IMG/VR virus record: IMGVR_UViG_3300031228_000004
Location: 2,320 to 66,319 of that record
DNA length: 64,000 nt
Strand: one strand, 5' to 3'
From: a virus
A program made the translations under genes and the position numbers. The notes under the pieces were generated by a model. It had not been told where the DNA came from. It was given only the letters and a program-made list of their open reading frames with translations, and ran no database searches. Each line of letters opens with the position of its first letter. Position 1 is the stretch's first letter. Below, piece by piece: positions 15,209 to 24,522 of the stretch.

Positions 15209-18068
15209 CGGCTCGCACACGTCGGGCGCGATGATTGCGCTGATGCCCACGCTCGAGGATGCGGAGCGGCTGGCGATCGAGGGCGGCGAGGCCGCGGATC
15301 AGCTGCACTTGACGCTGTACTTCCTCGGCGACGACGGCGCCGACTTCAGCGAAGAGCAGCGGGCTGCGCTCGTCGAGGCCATCAAGCAGGCGACGCACCT
15401 CGCTGGCGGTCCGATCTCTGCTCGGGTCTTCGGTGCCGCTCACTGGAACGCGGGGTCTGACTCGCCGTCGTGGGTGTGGTCGGTCGGCGATGACCGGGAT
15501 GCTGGCCCTGATGCTCCACGGCTGGAGGACGGGCGGACCGTGGCGGCCGAGGGGCTGCTGCAGAGTGGTCTGTTCGCAGACATGCCCGTGCAGCATTCGC
15601 CGTGGCAGCCGCATATCTGTGCCGCGTACTCCGACGAGTTGGATCTCGTCATCGCGTTGGAGGAGCGCCTCGGACCGGTCACCTTCGACCGCATCCGGGT
15701 GGCGTTCGCCGGGGAGCACACGGACATCCCGCTCGGCGAGAGCATGACCGCGGCGGCTGGTCCGCTGCGCCGTCAGCCCACGGAACTCGAACTCGCGAGC
15801 CGCGCCGACTTCGCGCAGATAGACAAGGCCTGGCACGAGGCCGTCGATGCCACGGTCGAGGCGTGGGCCAGCGCGCAGGAGGCGATGCGCGCCGAGGTCA
15901 CCGCCAGCATCCAAGCCGCCGCCGAGGCCGACGACTTGGACCGCCTCGACGGGCTCACCGTGGACACCGACGACGGCTCGCGTCTCCTGATCGCCCGCAT
16001 GATCGCGTACGCGCGGGAGGCAGGCGAGCAGCAGCAGGCGGAGGCCGAAGCGCAGGGCGTCGACGTCCCGGAGTGGTCCCTCGACGACGAGGCGCTGACG
16101 GCTGCGGCGATCCGTGACCGGCTGCGCCAGGTCGGCCGGACGACAGCCCGCTACCTGGGTGTTGGGCTGGTGCAGTCCGCAGTGCGGCAGGCGATGCGGG
16201 TGTGGGGTTCGGGTTCGGCGGAGCAGGTGGCCGCGCAGGTCGACGAGCACCTCGCGGGCCTGTCCGGTGCGGCAGTTGAGGAGCAGGTGGGTGCGGCGAT
16301 GAGTGCCGCGCAGAACGAGGGCCGCATGGCAGTCCTCGCGGTCGCGCCCCCGGCCGAGTACGTAGCCACGGAGATCCTCGACAGCAAGAACACCTGCAAG
16401 CCCTGCCGCGAGATCGACGGCACCCGCTACACCACCCTTCCCGACGCCCGCACCGCATACCCGTCCGGCGGCTACACGGGCTGCCTCGGCGGCTCCCGAT
16501 GCCGGGGCACGCTCGTCACGGTGTGGCCGCAGGCGGACGAGCAGGCAGCAGCCGCCGGAATGATCTTGGCGGCTTCCGCGGACACAATGCCGCCCAACAT
16601 CCATGAAGGAGGCGGCACCGTGCCGTACCGCATCGAGCAGGGGCACCCAGACTGCGGTGCCGACACCCCATGGGCCGTCATCAAGGAAGGCGACGGCGAA
16701 CTCATGGGCTGCCACGAAACCGAAGCCGCAGCCCTGGAACAGCAGGCCGCGCTGTACGCCGAAGACGACGACAAGCCCGACGACGACATGGACTACACGG
16801 GCGACACCGCCCCGTGGGAAGGCGTCCTCGCCGTCGAAGGCATCGTCACCGGCGACGGCCGCGAGTTCGCCGAAGGCGCCCTGCAGTGGGCAGACCTCCC
16901 CATCCCATTGAGGTGGAACAAGGAAGACTCCCACGGCGGGGAACCCCACACCGTCGCCGTCAACGTCGGCCGCATCGACAAGGTGTGGCGCGACGACAAC
17001 AAGATCATGGGCGCCGGAGTTCTCAACCTCGCCGAGGCGGACGGGCAGCGCGTCCACGACATGATCAAAGGCGAGTTCATCCGCGGCGTCAGCATCGACG
17101 CCGACTCCATCGCGGACGCCGACGTCGAGTACGTCTTCCCCGAAGACGTCAACGAGGGCATGGACGACGAGGGCGACCTCTTCGAGATGCTCTTCGCCCA
17201 GCCCGAGAAAGTCATCTTCCACGGCGGACGCATCCGCGCCGCCACGCTGGTGGACATCCCGGCGTTCGCCGAGGCGTACGTCGCGCTCCTCGACGAGGCC
17301 GGCGCGATCGTGGCCGGCGGGCAGCCCGTCGGTGAGGCCGCCATCCAGACCGTGGCCGGTCAGGAGCCGGAGCCGGTCCGTGCGCTGCGCGCGGTTGCTG
17401 CGTCGGGTGGGGTGTGGAAGCCGCCTGCCGCCTGGTTCTCGGATCCGAAGCTGTCGCTGCCCACGCCGATCACGGTCACGGACGACGGCCGGATCTACGG
17501 GCACGCCGCGCAGTGGGGTGTGTGCCACATCGGGTACGACGGGGTATGCGTCCAGGCGCCACACGAGGACGAGCACCCGTACTACCGCACCGGGGAGATC
17601 GTGTGCGCGGACGGTGGCCGTGTGGCGGTCGGTCAGATCACGGTCGGTACTGGCCATGCCGACACGCATCTGGGAGCGAACCCGGCGGCGGAGCACTACG
17701 ACAACACGGGCGCGGCCGTCGCTGATGTGAGTGTGGGCAACGACCAGCATGGCATCTGGGTGGCGGGCGCGGTGCGGCCGGGCGCGGACCCGCTGCGTGT
17801 GTATGAGCTCCAGGCCGCGGGCCAGGTGTCGGGTGACTGGCGGCGGATCGGCGGCCAGTTGCGGCTTGTCGGTCTCCTCGCGGTGAACGTGCCTGGTTTC
17901 CCGGTGCCGAAGATGCGGGCGCGGGTGGCGGGTGGTCAGGTTCAGGCGCTGGTGGCGGCGGGTCGTCCGACGGTGGCGTTCGGTCTGTCGCCGGAGGAGA
18001 CGGAGCGTCATGCGGTGCGGATTGTGATGCGGATGCTGTCGCGTCGTGTCCACCCTGGAAGGGGGTGA
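15183..18068 (+). CDS. fusion: 2H phosphoesterase (LigT-like) + MuF-like minor head domain + capsid maturation protease
   Basis: LHLTLYFLG and WQPHICAAY (2H); ATEILD..TCKPC...GCLGGSRCRG (MuF); EGIVTGDGR...GVSID...ATLVDIPAF (protease); located between portal and capsid. Confidence 0.8.
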   Translation: MGSLTAAADGSHTSGAMIALMPTLEDAERLAIEGGEAADQLHLTLYFLGDDGADFSEEQRAALVEAIKQATHLAGGPISARVFGAAHWNAGSDSPSWVWSVGDDRDAGPDAPRLEDGRTVAAEGLLQSGLFADMPVQHSPWQPHICAAYSDELDLVIALEERLGPVTFDRIRVAFAGEHTDIPLGESMTAAAGPLRRQPTELELASRADFAQIDKAWHEAVDATVEAWASAQEAMRAEVTASIQAAAEADDLDRLDGLTVDTDDGSRLLIARMIAYAREAGEQQQAEAEAQGVDVPEWSLDDEALTAAAIRDRLRQVGRTTARYLGVGLVQSAVRQAMRVWGSGSAEQVAAQVDEHLAGLSGAAVEEQVGAAMSAAQNEGRMAVLAVAPPAEYVATEILDSKNTCKPCREIDGTRYTTLPDARTAYPSGGYTGCLGGSRCRGTLVTVWPQADEQAAAAGMILAASADTMPPNIHEGGGTVPYRIEQGHPDCGADTPWAVIKEGDGELMGCHETEAAALEQQAALYAEDDDKPDDDMDYTGDTAPWEGVLAVEGIVTGDGREFAEGALQWADLPIPLRWNKEDSHGGEPHTVAVNVGRIDKVWRDDNKIMGAGVLNLAEADGQRVHDMIKGEFIRGVSIDADSIADADVEYVFPEDVNEGMDDEGDLFEMLFAQPEKVIFHGGRIRAATLVDIPAFAEAYVALLDEAGAIVAGGQPVGEAAIQTVAGQEPEPVRALRAVAASGGVWKPPAAWFSDPKLSLPTPITVTDDGRIYGHAAQWGVCHIGYDGVCVQAPHEDEHPYYRTGEIVCADGGRVAVGQITVGTGHADTHLGANPAAEHYDNTGAAVADVSVGNDQHGIWVAGAVRPGADPLRVYELQAAGQVSGDWRRIGGQLRLVGLLAVNVPGFPVPKMRARVAGGQVQALVAAGRPTVAFGLSPEETERHAVRIVMRMLSRRVHPGRG
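16555..16622 (+). promoter_or_regulatory. internal late promoter + RBS + in-frame GTG inside the fusion gene
   Basis: CCGGAATGATC-N17-CACAAT, then AAGGAGG, 7 nt, GTG(16620) starting VPYRIEQGHPDC. Confidence 0.6.
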
Positions 18069-18151
18069 ATGGATCGTGTGCAGTTGCAATAAGAGGCGTC
18101 GTCCGGCGCCTCCTCCGCCGCCCCCGCCAAGCTCCTGACCTTTACGTTTAG

Positions 18152-18187
18152 CGCACCGGCAAAGGTAATTGACTCTTTGCCGGTGCG
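18152..18187. promoter_or_regulatory. 13-bp inverted repeat upstream of capsid gene (terminator or operator)
   Basis: CGCACCGGCAAAG/CTTTGCCGGTGCG; the loop contains TTGACT. Confidence 0.5.
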
Positions 18188-18262
18188 TGTGCTATGCGCT
18201 AACCTCCGGCGAAAGGGCGCCAACACGACGGGCGCACAACCCTCTTCGCAACGGAGGACAAC

Positions 18263-20029
18263 GTGGCAGCCGAAGAGCTCTTTAGCGCCCCGTCCGATCT
18301 CACCCTCGCGTCCGACGCCGACCTCACCGAACTCGAAGCCCGAGGCACCGCCGAGTTCGACCGCGTCCACGCCCTCGACGACGTCGACGACCAGGCGCTC
18401 CAGTACGCGCTGCGCGTCACGGAAGATCTCGACCGCATTCGCGCCGAGCTCCGCGTCCGCGAGGTCCGCGCCGAGCAGCAGGCCGCCATGCAGCAGTCCC
18501 GCGTCGCCGACCAGCTCTCCCAGCTCCAGGCCCGCGTCCACGGGGGCACCGCAGCAGTAGCCGCCGAGCAGCCCGCTCCGCAGGTCGACGTCGAGGCGAT
18601 CGCTGCCGCTGCCGCACGCGGCGTCACGGCCGGCATGGCCACCCTCATGATGGACCGCCGCGGCGGCTCCGTCCGCCCCGAGGAAGTCGCCCGCCGCGCC
18701 ACTGCCTCCCTGGCAGAGACCGCGCAGCATGCGCCGAAGCCCAACGTCCCCGAACAGCGCCTCGCCGTCACCGCGAGCGTGGACATCCCCGGCGTCGCCC
18801 GCGGCGAAGGACTCACCAGCCTGGCCGCGCTCGCAGACGTGACGTCCCGCAAGGCCAAGAGCATGCCCGTCACCCAGGGCGCCCCCAGCGAGCAGCTCGT
18901 TGCATCCGTCCGCAACGAGTTCGAGCACGGGCACACCGTGGACAACCGCACCAAGCGCGGCGAGATGAAGGACCTCATCTCGTTCCTGACTAGCCCCGAC
19001 AAGCAGGCCGCGCTCGTCGCCGGTGGAGGTTGGTGCGCCCCCAGCCAGACCAGGTACGACTTCTTCAACATCGCCTGCGAATCCGGCATGATCGACCTGC
19101 CGACCTTCGGCGTCACCCGCGGCGGCATCGAGTTCCCCGTCTCCCCGAGCCTCGCCGACGCCCTGGCCGGAGGCACCGCCTTCGCCGGGTTCGCGGCCAC
19201 CTTCTCCAACGAGAGCACGCCGTTCCTGTGGAGCGAGGCCGACGACATCGCGGCCGCCACCGGTTCACCGACCAAGCCGTGCATCCGGGTGCCCTGCCCG
19301 GACTTCGACGAGGAACGGCTGGAGGCGTACGGATACTGCCTGACCGCGGGCAACCTCACCGACGAGGCCTACCCGGAGGCGACGCAGAACACGCTCCAGT
19401 TGCTGATGTCGGCGCACGCGCGCATCGTGAACGCCCGCCTGATCGCGCTCATGCTGGCCCGCTCCACCGCTGCCATCACCATCACCGGAGGCGCCATCAC
19501 CGACGCGGCCGCACCACGGATCTACAACGCGGTGGGGCTGGCCGCGACGGACTACCGGGCCCGCTACGGCATGTGCATCGACGACGTCCTCGAAGTGGTG
19601 CTCCCGTACTGGGTGCGCGACGTCATCCAGGCCGACCTCGCGTGGAAGGCGGGCGTCGAGCTGGGTGACATTCCGCTGTCGGAGGTCAACCGGTATTTCA
19701 CCGCCCGCAACGTCGCCGTGCAGTGGGTCAACGACTGGCAGGTCCGTGGCGCTGGCCAGTTCGGCAACGCGACACCGATGACGGCGTGGTCGACGACCGC
19801 GGACTTCCTCATCTACGCCGCAGGCACCTTCATCCACGGGCAGGGCATGAGCCTCGACCTCGGTGTCATCCGCGACTCCGTCCTGAACGAAACCAACGAC
19901 CACACCGCCGCGTGGAGCGAGGAAGCCCACCTCATCGCCCGCGTCGGCCACGAGTCCCGCCGGTACACGGTCGGCTTCAACGTCAACGGTGCCACGTCGG
20001 CGCTGCTGTCCGGCACCGTCCGCGTCTGA
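18263..20029 (+). CDS. major capsid protein with N-terminal coiled-coil scaffold domain
   Basis: 588 aa; helical E/A/Q-rich N-terminus, then LVAGGGWCAPSQTRYD, TRGGIEF motifs (recalled as cluster-B-like capsids). Confidence 0.85.
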   Translation: MAAEELFSAPSDLTLASDADLTELEARGTAEFDRVHALDDVDDQALQYALRVTEDLDRIRAELRVREVRAEQQAAMQQSRVADQLSQLQARVHGGTAAVAAEQPAPQVDVEAIAAAAARGVTAGMATLMMDRRGGSVRPEEVARRATASLAETAQHAPKPNVPEQRLAVTASVDIPGVARGEGLTSLAALADVTSRKAKSMPVTQGAPSEQLVASVRNEFEHGHTVDNRTKRGEMKDLISFLTSPDKQAALVAGGGWCAPSQTRYDFFNIACESGMIDLPTFGVTRGGIEFPVSPSLADALAGGTAFAGFAATFSNESTPFLWSEADDIAAATGSPTKPCIRVPCPDFDEERLEAYGYCLTAGNLTDEAYPEATQNTLQLLMSAHARIVNARLIALMLARSTAAITITGGAITDAAAPRIYNAVGLAATDYRARYGMCIDDVLEVVLPYWVRDVIQADLAWKAGVELGDIPLSEVNRYFTARNVAVQWVNDWQVRGAGQFGNATPMTAWSTTADFLIYAAGTFIHGQGMSLDLGVIRDSVLNETNDHTAAWSEEAHLIARVGHESRRYTVGFNVNGATSALLSGTVRV

Positions 20030-20070
20030 CGCTGACCGTGACACAAGCTGAGGAAGGGTGGTGAGCGCTG

Positions 20071-20955
20071 ATGGCCGCGCGCCAACTGATCGACCTGCCA
20101 GCAGTGTTCACCACCCTCCCGTATGGGCTGTGGGACACCATCCAGACCCCCAGCCCCGACGGCGTGCACTGGCAGCAGGGCGTCACCTGGCCCGAGCGCT
20201 GCCCGACCGGCGACACGACGTACGACGAGTGCCTCTCGGTCACCGGCACCGGCGCGCCCCCCGAGCCCGAGCCCGAGCCCAAGACCGCCAACGTCGAGCA
20301 GACCAACCGCGGCGCGCTCCCGTTCACGGTGTACGCCCGCTTCGATTGCTCACCGGTCGGGCTCGGCGACGCACAGTCCTCCGCGCAGGACGCGCTCGCC
20401 CGCGTCGAACAGCAGCAGGTGGAGACCGCGTTCTGGACCGGCGCCGCCGGAGGGCAACCCGTCGTCTTCCCGCACCTCGCCGCCGACACTGAGGTGCTGG
20501 ACGGCGACATCGTTCTCCAGACCGTCGCCTCGCCGGTCGTCACCGGAGCGGACGCCGCGTACGCGCTCGGCGCGCTGGAGCAGGAACTCGCCGGGTGCTA
20601 CGCCGGGCAGGGCCTCATCCACGTGCCACGCACTGCGCTGCCGACGCTGGCCGCCTGGAACCTCGTCGAGGTCCGCGACGGGGTGCTGTACACGCTCGCC
20701 GGGAACCGGATCGTGGCCGGAGGCGGCTACACCGGCAGCGGCCCCGACGGGTCAGCGCCGGCCGCGGGTACGACGTGGATCTACGCCACTGGTGCCGCGT
20801 GGGGTTACCGGTCCGACGTGTACGTCTCCCAGGTCCGCGACTCCCTGAACCGCTCCGCCAACACTCTGCAGATGCTGGCGGAGCGGAACTATCTGATCGG
20901 TTTCGAGTGCTGCCATCTGGCCGCGCACATCGTCCTGGGCGTGCCCACCGAGTAG
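20071..20955 (+). CDS. head-associated structural protein (minor capsid/decoration)
   Basis: Immediately after capsid; HWQQGVTW, PFTVYARFDCSP, LAERNYLIGFECC. Confidence 0.65.
   Translation: MAARQLIDLPAVFTTLPYGLWDTIQTPSPDGVHWQQGVTWPERCPTGDTTYDECLSVTGTGAPPEPEPEPKTANVEQTNRGALPFTVYARFDCSPVGLGDAQSSAQDALARVEQQQVETAFWTGAAGGQPVVFPHLAADTEVLDGDIVLQTVASPVVTGADAAYALGALEQELAGCYAGQGLIHVPRTALPTLAAWNLVEVRDGVLYTLAGNRIVAGGGYTGSGPDGSAPAAGTTWIYATGAAWGYRSDVYVSQVRDSLNRSANTLQMLAERNYLIGFECCHLAAHIVLGVPTE
20260..20280 (+). repeat. (CCCGAG)x3.5 microsatellite encoding PEPEPEP
   Basis: Direct reading of the sequence. Confidence 0.7.
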
Positions 20956-20967
20956 GAGCAGAACACC

Positions 20968-21645
20968 ATGGCCACAGTCTCCACGTGCGCGACTCCTATC
21001 AAGGGCACGCACCTTCGGATCATCGAACTCGACGCGTGTGGTGTCCCGGTGACGGGTGAGGGCGGCATGGTCGTCGTCACCAAGGGTTTCGTGTCGGTCG
21101 AGATGGAGCCCGACTACGAGGACGGCGAAGAGTTCTTCGAGCGGACCGCGGACGGCACGCCGTGCGTGAACCAGAAAGACGACCCAACGCTGAAGAGGTT
21201 CGCGCTGACCATTCAGATGTGCGAGATCAACGTCTCTGGAATGTCGTTCGTCATGAGCGCCCGCGAGCTCATCTCCGGGTCACCCACCACGGGTACTGGG
21301 TTCGCCGTGGCTGAGGGAAACCCGACCAACCGGTTCTCGCTGGAGGTGTGGCAGGAGGTCGCCGGGTCCGGGGCGTGTGACGCGTCGGGGGCCCAGCGGT
21401 ACATCTACAACGCGTTCCCCAACGTGGGCGCCACCCAGATCGGCTCCTATCCGATCGAGAACGGCCGCTCTGCCCTGGAGATCACCTCAGAGACGCGCGG
21501 TGCTGGCGCCACGTGGGACACCCTCGTTGGCGCTGACTGGCTCCCCGCAGGCGAGAGCGTGTTCACCGACGAGCATTGGATCTGGAACGTGACTACGACG
21601 GCGCCGCCGACTGCGGCGTGCGACCCGACGACGCTCGCCGCATAA
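20968..21645 (+). CDS. major tail (tube) protein
   Basis: IKGTHLRIIELDACG...DGEEFFERTADG.PCVN...FSLEVW motifs; position in the tail module. Confidence 0.8.
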   Translation: MATVSTCATPIKGTHLRIIELDACGVPVTGEGGMVVVTKGFVSVEMEPDYEDGEEFFERTADGTPCVNQKDDPTLKRFALTIQMCEINVSGMSFVMSARELISGSPTTGTGFAVAEGNPTNRFSLEVWQEVAGSGACDASGAQRYIYNAFPNVGATQIGSYPIENGRSALEITSETRGAGATWDTLVGADWLPAGESVFTDEHWIWNVTTTAPPTAACDPTTLAA

Positions 21646-21670
21646 CCTGACCCGCCCCGAAGGGGGAGCC

Positions 21671-23170
21671 ATGGCGCTGGCCCAGTACAGCGAGCTCTAC
21701 TGGACACCGTCAGGCACGGTTGCGGCGAACGTTCCGGCGAGGGTGTTCAACTACTCAACGAACACCTTCGCCGTCCTGTGGGCAGACGCCGGCGGCACGG
21801 TGCCGCTGGCGAACCCGCTCAACACCACCACGGCGGGGCGTTTGACGTTCTACGCCGAGGAGGGCCGCTACTGGGTTCACATCGACTCCGAATCGTTCGA
21901 GATCGCAGTGGGCGCGGCAGCGCAGGCGGCAACGCAGGAAGACATCACCACAGCTGTCGCCGCCCACAGCGCTGCGGTTGATCCGCACGGCGACCGGGCG
22001 TACGCAGACGTCGTAGCAGCCGACGAGGCCGCAGCATGGCGCCGCCGCGACATGCCAGACCCCGCCCTCGCCGACACCCTCTACACCGGCACCACACCCA
22101 CCACCAGCACCACCCAGTCAGCCACACCCACCATCAGCGGAGCCATCACCTACGCCCCGGCCACCGGACCGTTCCTGTACCTGGGCGCAGACGACTTCGA
22201 GTTCGGCGCCACCTTTCCGGACACCAACTACTACCTGCCGACGTCCCGGTACCCGAACACCTACAGCAGCGGGCAGTCGAACTGGACTGTTGAATTCTGG
22301 ACCGACGCGGCCGAGTTCGAGGTCGGCTTCAAATACATCAGCGCAGCCACGATGTACCGGCTGTCCATCGACGGACGCCCCGTCACCGACCTGATGCAGT
22401 CCTCCGGCGGAATCACCGCCGGCTCATCCCACATGCTGCTCGTAGACCTCGGCAGCACAGGCCCGCGCCGCATTCGCATCGACTTCACCACCATGCCGTT
22501 CCGCGGCGTATACCTGCCGCCGTCCGCGACGATGTGGCAGCCCACCGGCATCGGCGGGCGCCTGGCCGTCCTCGGAGACTCCCTCACCGACGGCAGCTCC
22601 CAGAACACGGGCTTCGGCCAGGGCACATGGCTCCAGCGCACCGGCCGGCTGCTGGGCTGCACCGACGTGTGGGACCAGGCCCGCGGCGGCACCGGCTACA
22701 TCACCTCCGGGTCGTTCGCGACATTCGGGGACCGGGTGGCTTCCGACATCGTGGCCTATGCCCCGGACCGGGTCATCGTGTGGGGCGGGTTCAACGATTC
22801 CGGCGGGTCGCAGGCTGCGATCGGTACGGCGGCCGATGCTGTGTACGCGGCCATCGACGCAGGACTGCCCGACACGCAGGTGTACGTGATCGGCTGCTGG
22901 TCGCCGTCCGGATCCCCGGGGTCCGGGATCACGAACACCGACGCGACGCTGCGTACCGCCGCCGCGTCTGCCGGGCTGCCGTTCATCTCCCCCGTCACTG
23001 GCAGCATCTACGACGCGAGCGGCACCCTGGTGGCCACGCACGGCCCATGGATCACCGCACAGAACGCCAGCACCTACATCGGCGGGGACAACACCCACCC
23101 GACCGACGCCGGGCACATCTACCTGTCGCGCCGGATCTACGGGGCGCTCCTCGCGCTCATGCCGGGCTGA
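21671..23170 (+). CDS. virion-associated SGNH/GDSL hydrolase
   Basis: N-terminal attachment-like domain, DPHGDRAYAD motif, Thr-rich linker; SGNH blocks GDSLT, GGTGY, GGFND, DNTHP. Confidence 0.8.
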   Translation: MALAQYSELYWTPSGTVAANVPARVFNYSTNTFAVLWADAGGTVPLANPLNTTTAGRLTFYAEEGRYWVHIDSESFEIAVGAAAQAATQEDITTAVAAHSAAVDPHGDRAYADVVAADEAAAWRRRDMPDPALADTLYTGTTPTTSTTQSATPTISGAITYAPATGPFLYLGADDFEFGATFPDTNYYLPTSRYPNTYSSGQSNWTVEFWTDAAEFEVGFKYISAATMYRLSIDGRPVTDLMQSSGGITAGSSHMLLVDLGSTGPRRIRIDFTTMPFRGVYLPPSATMWQPTGIGGRLAVLGDSLTDGSSQNTGFGQGTWLQRTGRLLGCTDVWDQARGGTGYITSGSFATFGDRVASDIVAYAPDRVIVWGGFNDSGGSQAAIGTAADAVYAAIDAGLPDTQVYVIGCWSPSGSPGSGITNTDATLRTAAASAGLPFISPVTGSIYDASGTLVATHGPWITAQNASTYIGGDNTHPTDAGHIYLSRRIYGALLALMPG

Positions 23171-23180
23171 GGAGGCTTCT

Positions 23181-24014
23181 ATGCCGGTCATCAACCCCAT
23201 CTTGAGCACGCCCTCTGGGACAGGCGGGATCAGCGGGCCGTGCGCGGACTGGCCCGTCACCTGGACCTGCGACCTCGACACACTGAATCCAGCCGTCACC
23301 GGCGTCGCCGTCAGCATGGCCACCGAGACGTTGTGGGCTTTGACTGGCATGCGGTTCGGGACGTGCCAGGTCACCCTGCGGCCGTGCCGTCGCGAGTGCC
23401 AGACCGGATCGTTCTACGACGACTTCGGGCCGCCGTGGGCCGCGTCGTACTATCCGCAGCCTGCGCTGATTGGCGGCCTGTGGTTCAACCTGACGTGCGG
23501 GTCGTGTGCGGGGGACTGCTCGTGTACGCCGGTGTCGGAGGTGCGGCTTCCGGCTCCGGTGCACACGATCGTTGAGGTGAAGATCGACGGCACACCTTTG
23601 GTGACGGGCGCGTACCGGGTGGACAACAACCGGCTGCTGGTGCGGACGGATGGCGGTCAGTGGCCGCGCTGCAATGACCTGACCTTGGACGACACTGAGG
23701 TGGGGACATGGTCGGTGACGGCCACGTACGGCGAGAGCCTGCCTGAGGGCGCCTCTTTGGCTGTGGGGCAGTTGGCGTGTGAGATCGCGAAGGCTGCTGC
23801 GGGTGGAGACTGCAAGCTCCCTGCCGGGCTTCAGCAACTCGTCAGGCAGGGCGTGACCATCAGCTATCCCGACGTCGGCGAGCTGTTCCGGCAGGGCCGC
23901 ACCGGTCTGTACCTCGTCGACATGTTCGTGACGACATGGAACCCGTACGGGCTCAGACAGCGGTCGCGGGTGTACTCCGTTGACCGGCCGACCGTTCGAC
24001 GGGCGGGCACCTGA
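23181..24014 (+). CDS. head-to-tail adaptor/connector (Cys-rich)
   Basis: ATETLWALTG.RFG.C..TLRPC, LACEIAKA, RQGVT, TGLYLVD motifs; 12 Cys. Confidence 0.7.
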   Translation: MPVINPILSTPSGTGGISGPCADWPVTWTCDLDTLNPAVTGVAVSMATETLWALTGMRFGTCQVTLRPCRRECQTGSFYDDFGPPWAASYYPQPALIGGLWFNLTCGSCAGDCSCTPVSEVRLPAPVHTIVEVKIDGTPLVTGAYRVDNNRLLVRTDGGQWPRCNDLTLDDTEVGTWSVTATYGESLPEGASLAVGQLACEIAKAAAGGDCKLPAGLQQLVRQGVTISYPDVGELFRQGRTGLYLVDMFVTTWNPYGLRQRSRVYSVDRPTVRRAGT

Positions 24015-24520
24015 TGGCGATGATCTCGGGCCCGTTGAAGTGGTACACGGTCGCGTCCACTTTGGAGCAGGCGGTGTACGCCGAGCTCACCACCAAGCCC
24101 GACCGCCACTCCGTGGTGCCGGGTGCGATCGCGTGGGATGAGTGCGACTGCGGACTGTTGGCCGTGTCCGTCGGCACCATCTACCTCACCGAGACGTTCC
24201 CCGAACCGCTCTCCCGCCGTGTCGGCAACGCCTGCGACGCGCCGTGGGAAGCGGCTGAGGTCGTCATCCAAGTCGTCCGCTGCGCGCCGAACCCGGATGA
24301 TCCGATGACGGCGCCGACCACGGCCGAGCTGGACGCGTCCGCGCAGGAGGTTCTCCGTGACGCGTACGAGATGCTGAAGGCGGTGTCGGTGAAGCTGTGC
24401 CAGATGAACCAGGACCGCGAGATCTCCGACTTCGTCCTGAGGCCGCTCACGCCGCAGGGCCCGTCGGGTGGCTGCGTCGGCAACGAACTCCGCGCCATCG
24501 TCTCGCTGCCGAGGAACTGA
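24014..24520 (+). CDS. tail terminator/completion protein
   Basis: Synteny; AWDECDCG, QVVRCAP, GPSGGCVG. Confidence 0.6.
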   Translation: MAMISGPLKWYTVASTLEQAVYAELTTKPDRHSVVPGAIAWDECDCGLLAVSVGTIYLTETFPEPLSRRVGNACDAPWEAAEVVIQVVRCAPNPDDPMTAPTTAELDASAQEVLRDAYEMLKAVSVKLCQMNQDREISDFVLRPLTPQGPSGGCVGNELRAIVSLPRN

Positions 24521-24522
24521 CC

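Noticed and set aside
15183-15750. Firm call as anti-CBASS Acb1
   Set aside because: The motif context (LHLTLxFLG) is at least as LigT-like and the second motif is HIC; kept as a hypothesis only.
15111-18089. 992-aa minus-strand ORF and other long antisense or alternate-frame ORFs (e.g. 27092-28504, 27132-28574, 29974-31779, 57619-59505, 39035-40396)
   Set aside because: Shadows of real genes, expected at about 70% GC; R/P/G-rich or nonsensical translations, no RBS, no motifs.
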